Source: a virus. From it: a DNA stretch of 64,000 nt. Below, one piece after another: positions 63,592 to 64,000 of the stretch. Below the pieces are notes generated by a model, which searched no databases, was not told the DNA's origin, and was given only the letters and a program-made list of their open reading frames with translations. Position 1 is the first letter of the stretch, and every line of letters starts with the position of its first letter. Both the position numbers and the translations under genes were made by a program. The stretch lies in IMG/VR virus record IMGVR_UViG_3300005518_000003, positions 1 to 64,000 of that record; one strand, given 5' to 3'.

Positions 63592-64000
63592 TTAGATCAC
63601 TTCTTCGAGGAGAAGCGCTGCGCCATCGATGCCGGCGCCGGCCACACCGCCGAGCGTAACGGCATCGTCCCCTGCGGTCGTCTGCCAGTGCACCGAGATC
63701 ACCGTGCCGGCCGGAGCTCCTGAATCGAACTCGAACACGGTGCTCGCACCGTCGACGACTCCTGCGGTCGCAACCGGAGCCCACGAATACACCGTGGTGA
63801 AAGCACCCGCGCCGACCTTCACCTGAAGGAACGCGTTGACGCCGCCTGCACCGCCGCCTCCCACGCCGGAGTAGCTCGCATTGATGAGGATTTTTCCGGT
63901 CGGCCCTTTCGTCGTGATCGATGCGTCCGGGGTGATTGTGGTGCCCGCAGCGACGACCACACCGGAGAGCGCGACTTGCTGTACGCGGTTTCCGAGGATC
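63592..64000 (-). CDS. Putative spike/fibre protein, 5' part outside the window
   Basis: Frame open to the window edge; Gly/Ala/Thr-rich beta domain. Confidence 0.55.
   Translation of the reverse strand, partial: ILGNRVQQVALSGVVVAAGTTITPDASITTKGPTGKILINASYSGVGGGGAGGVNAFLQVKVGAGAFTTVYSWAPVATAGVVDGASTVFEFDSGAPAGTVISVHWQTTAGDDAVTLGGVAGAGIDGAALLLEEVI

Noticed and set aside
1-64000. Abundant CGATCG/TCGA words as a HIP1-like repeat system linked to the Dam-like MTase
   Set aside because: Can be explained by ATC/GAT/TCG/CGA codon usage; cannot be assessed without a Markov-model count
1-64000. Host assignment (codon style reminiscent of Myxococcota)
   Set aside because: Impression only; no host genes, att junction or spacer match is visible

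Overview
The whole window looks like part of one gene-dense, GC-rich (roughly 60%, by eye) dsDNA bacterial virus or provirus. No cellular housekeeping operons are present. Modules from left to right: a 5'-truncated serine recombinase (1-642); spike/fibre-like genes (1-3.7 kb, and again 61-64 kb); an accessory block with a glycosyltransferase, an Acb2/Tad1-like protein, a degenerate LAGLIDADG, a tandem GroES, a KGG protein and three tRNAs (4-12 kb); a leftward morphogenesis cluster (12-29 kb); nucleotide metabolism (DUF5664, cupin, deviant ThyX), a HerA-like ATPase and an SSB/Sak4/PLD/Cas4-like recombination block (29.5-44.9 kb); a rightward replication block with SF2 helicase, VRR-NUC, Dam-like MTase, prim-pol/VapE helicase and a putative iteron origin (45-56.7 kb); and a cell-wall enzyme cluster (57-59 kb). 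I see no terminase, portal, HK97 capsid, sheath or tape measure. Instead there are about 15 small single-TM proteins, a protamine-like Arg-rich protein, three beta-rich capsid-like proteins, a membrane-anchored lytic transglycosylase and a membrane-anchored transglutaminase-like Cys protease. This suggests (inference) a large tailless virus with an internal membrane. The strongest novel signal is a candidate proteolytic maturation system: many virion proteins share a short leader or linker ending in G-L-G, and a second set, including a RadC/JAB-tipped polyprotein, is punctuated by (E/R)-N-P / AxE motifs. Also notable are a small membrane protein carrying a copied ~35-aa piece of the putative major capsid protein, covarying twin RNA hairpins flanking the capsid gene, and a promoter-driven structured RNA with two anticodon-like loops. 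All family assignments come from motif recognition by eye, not from database searches.
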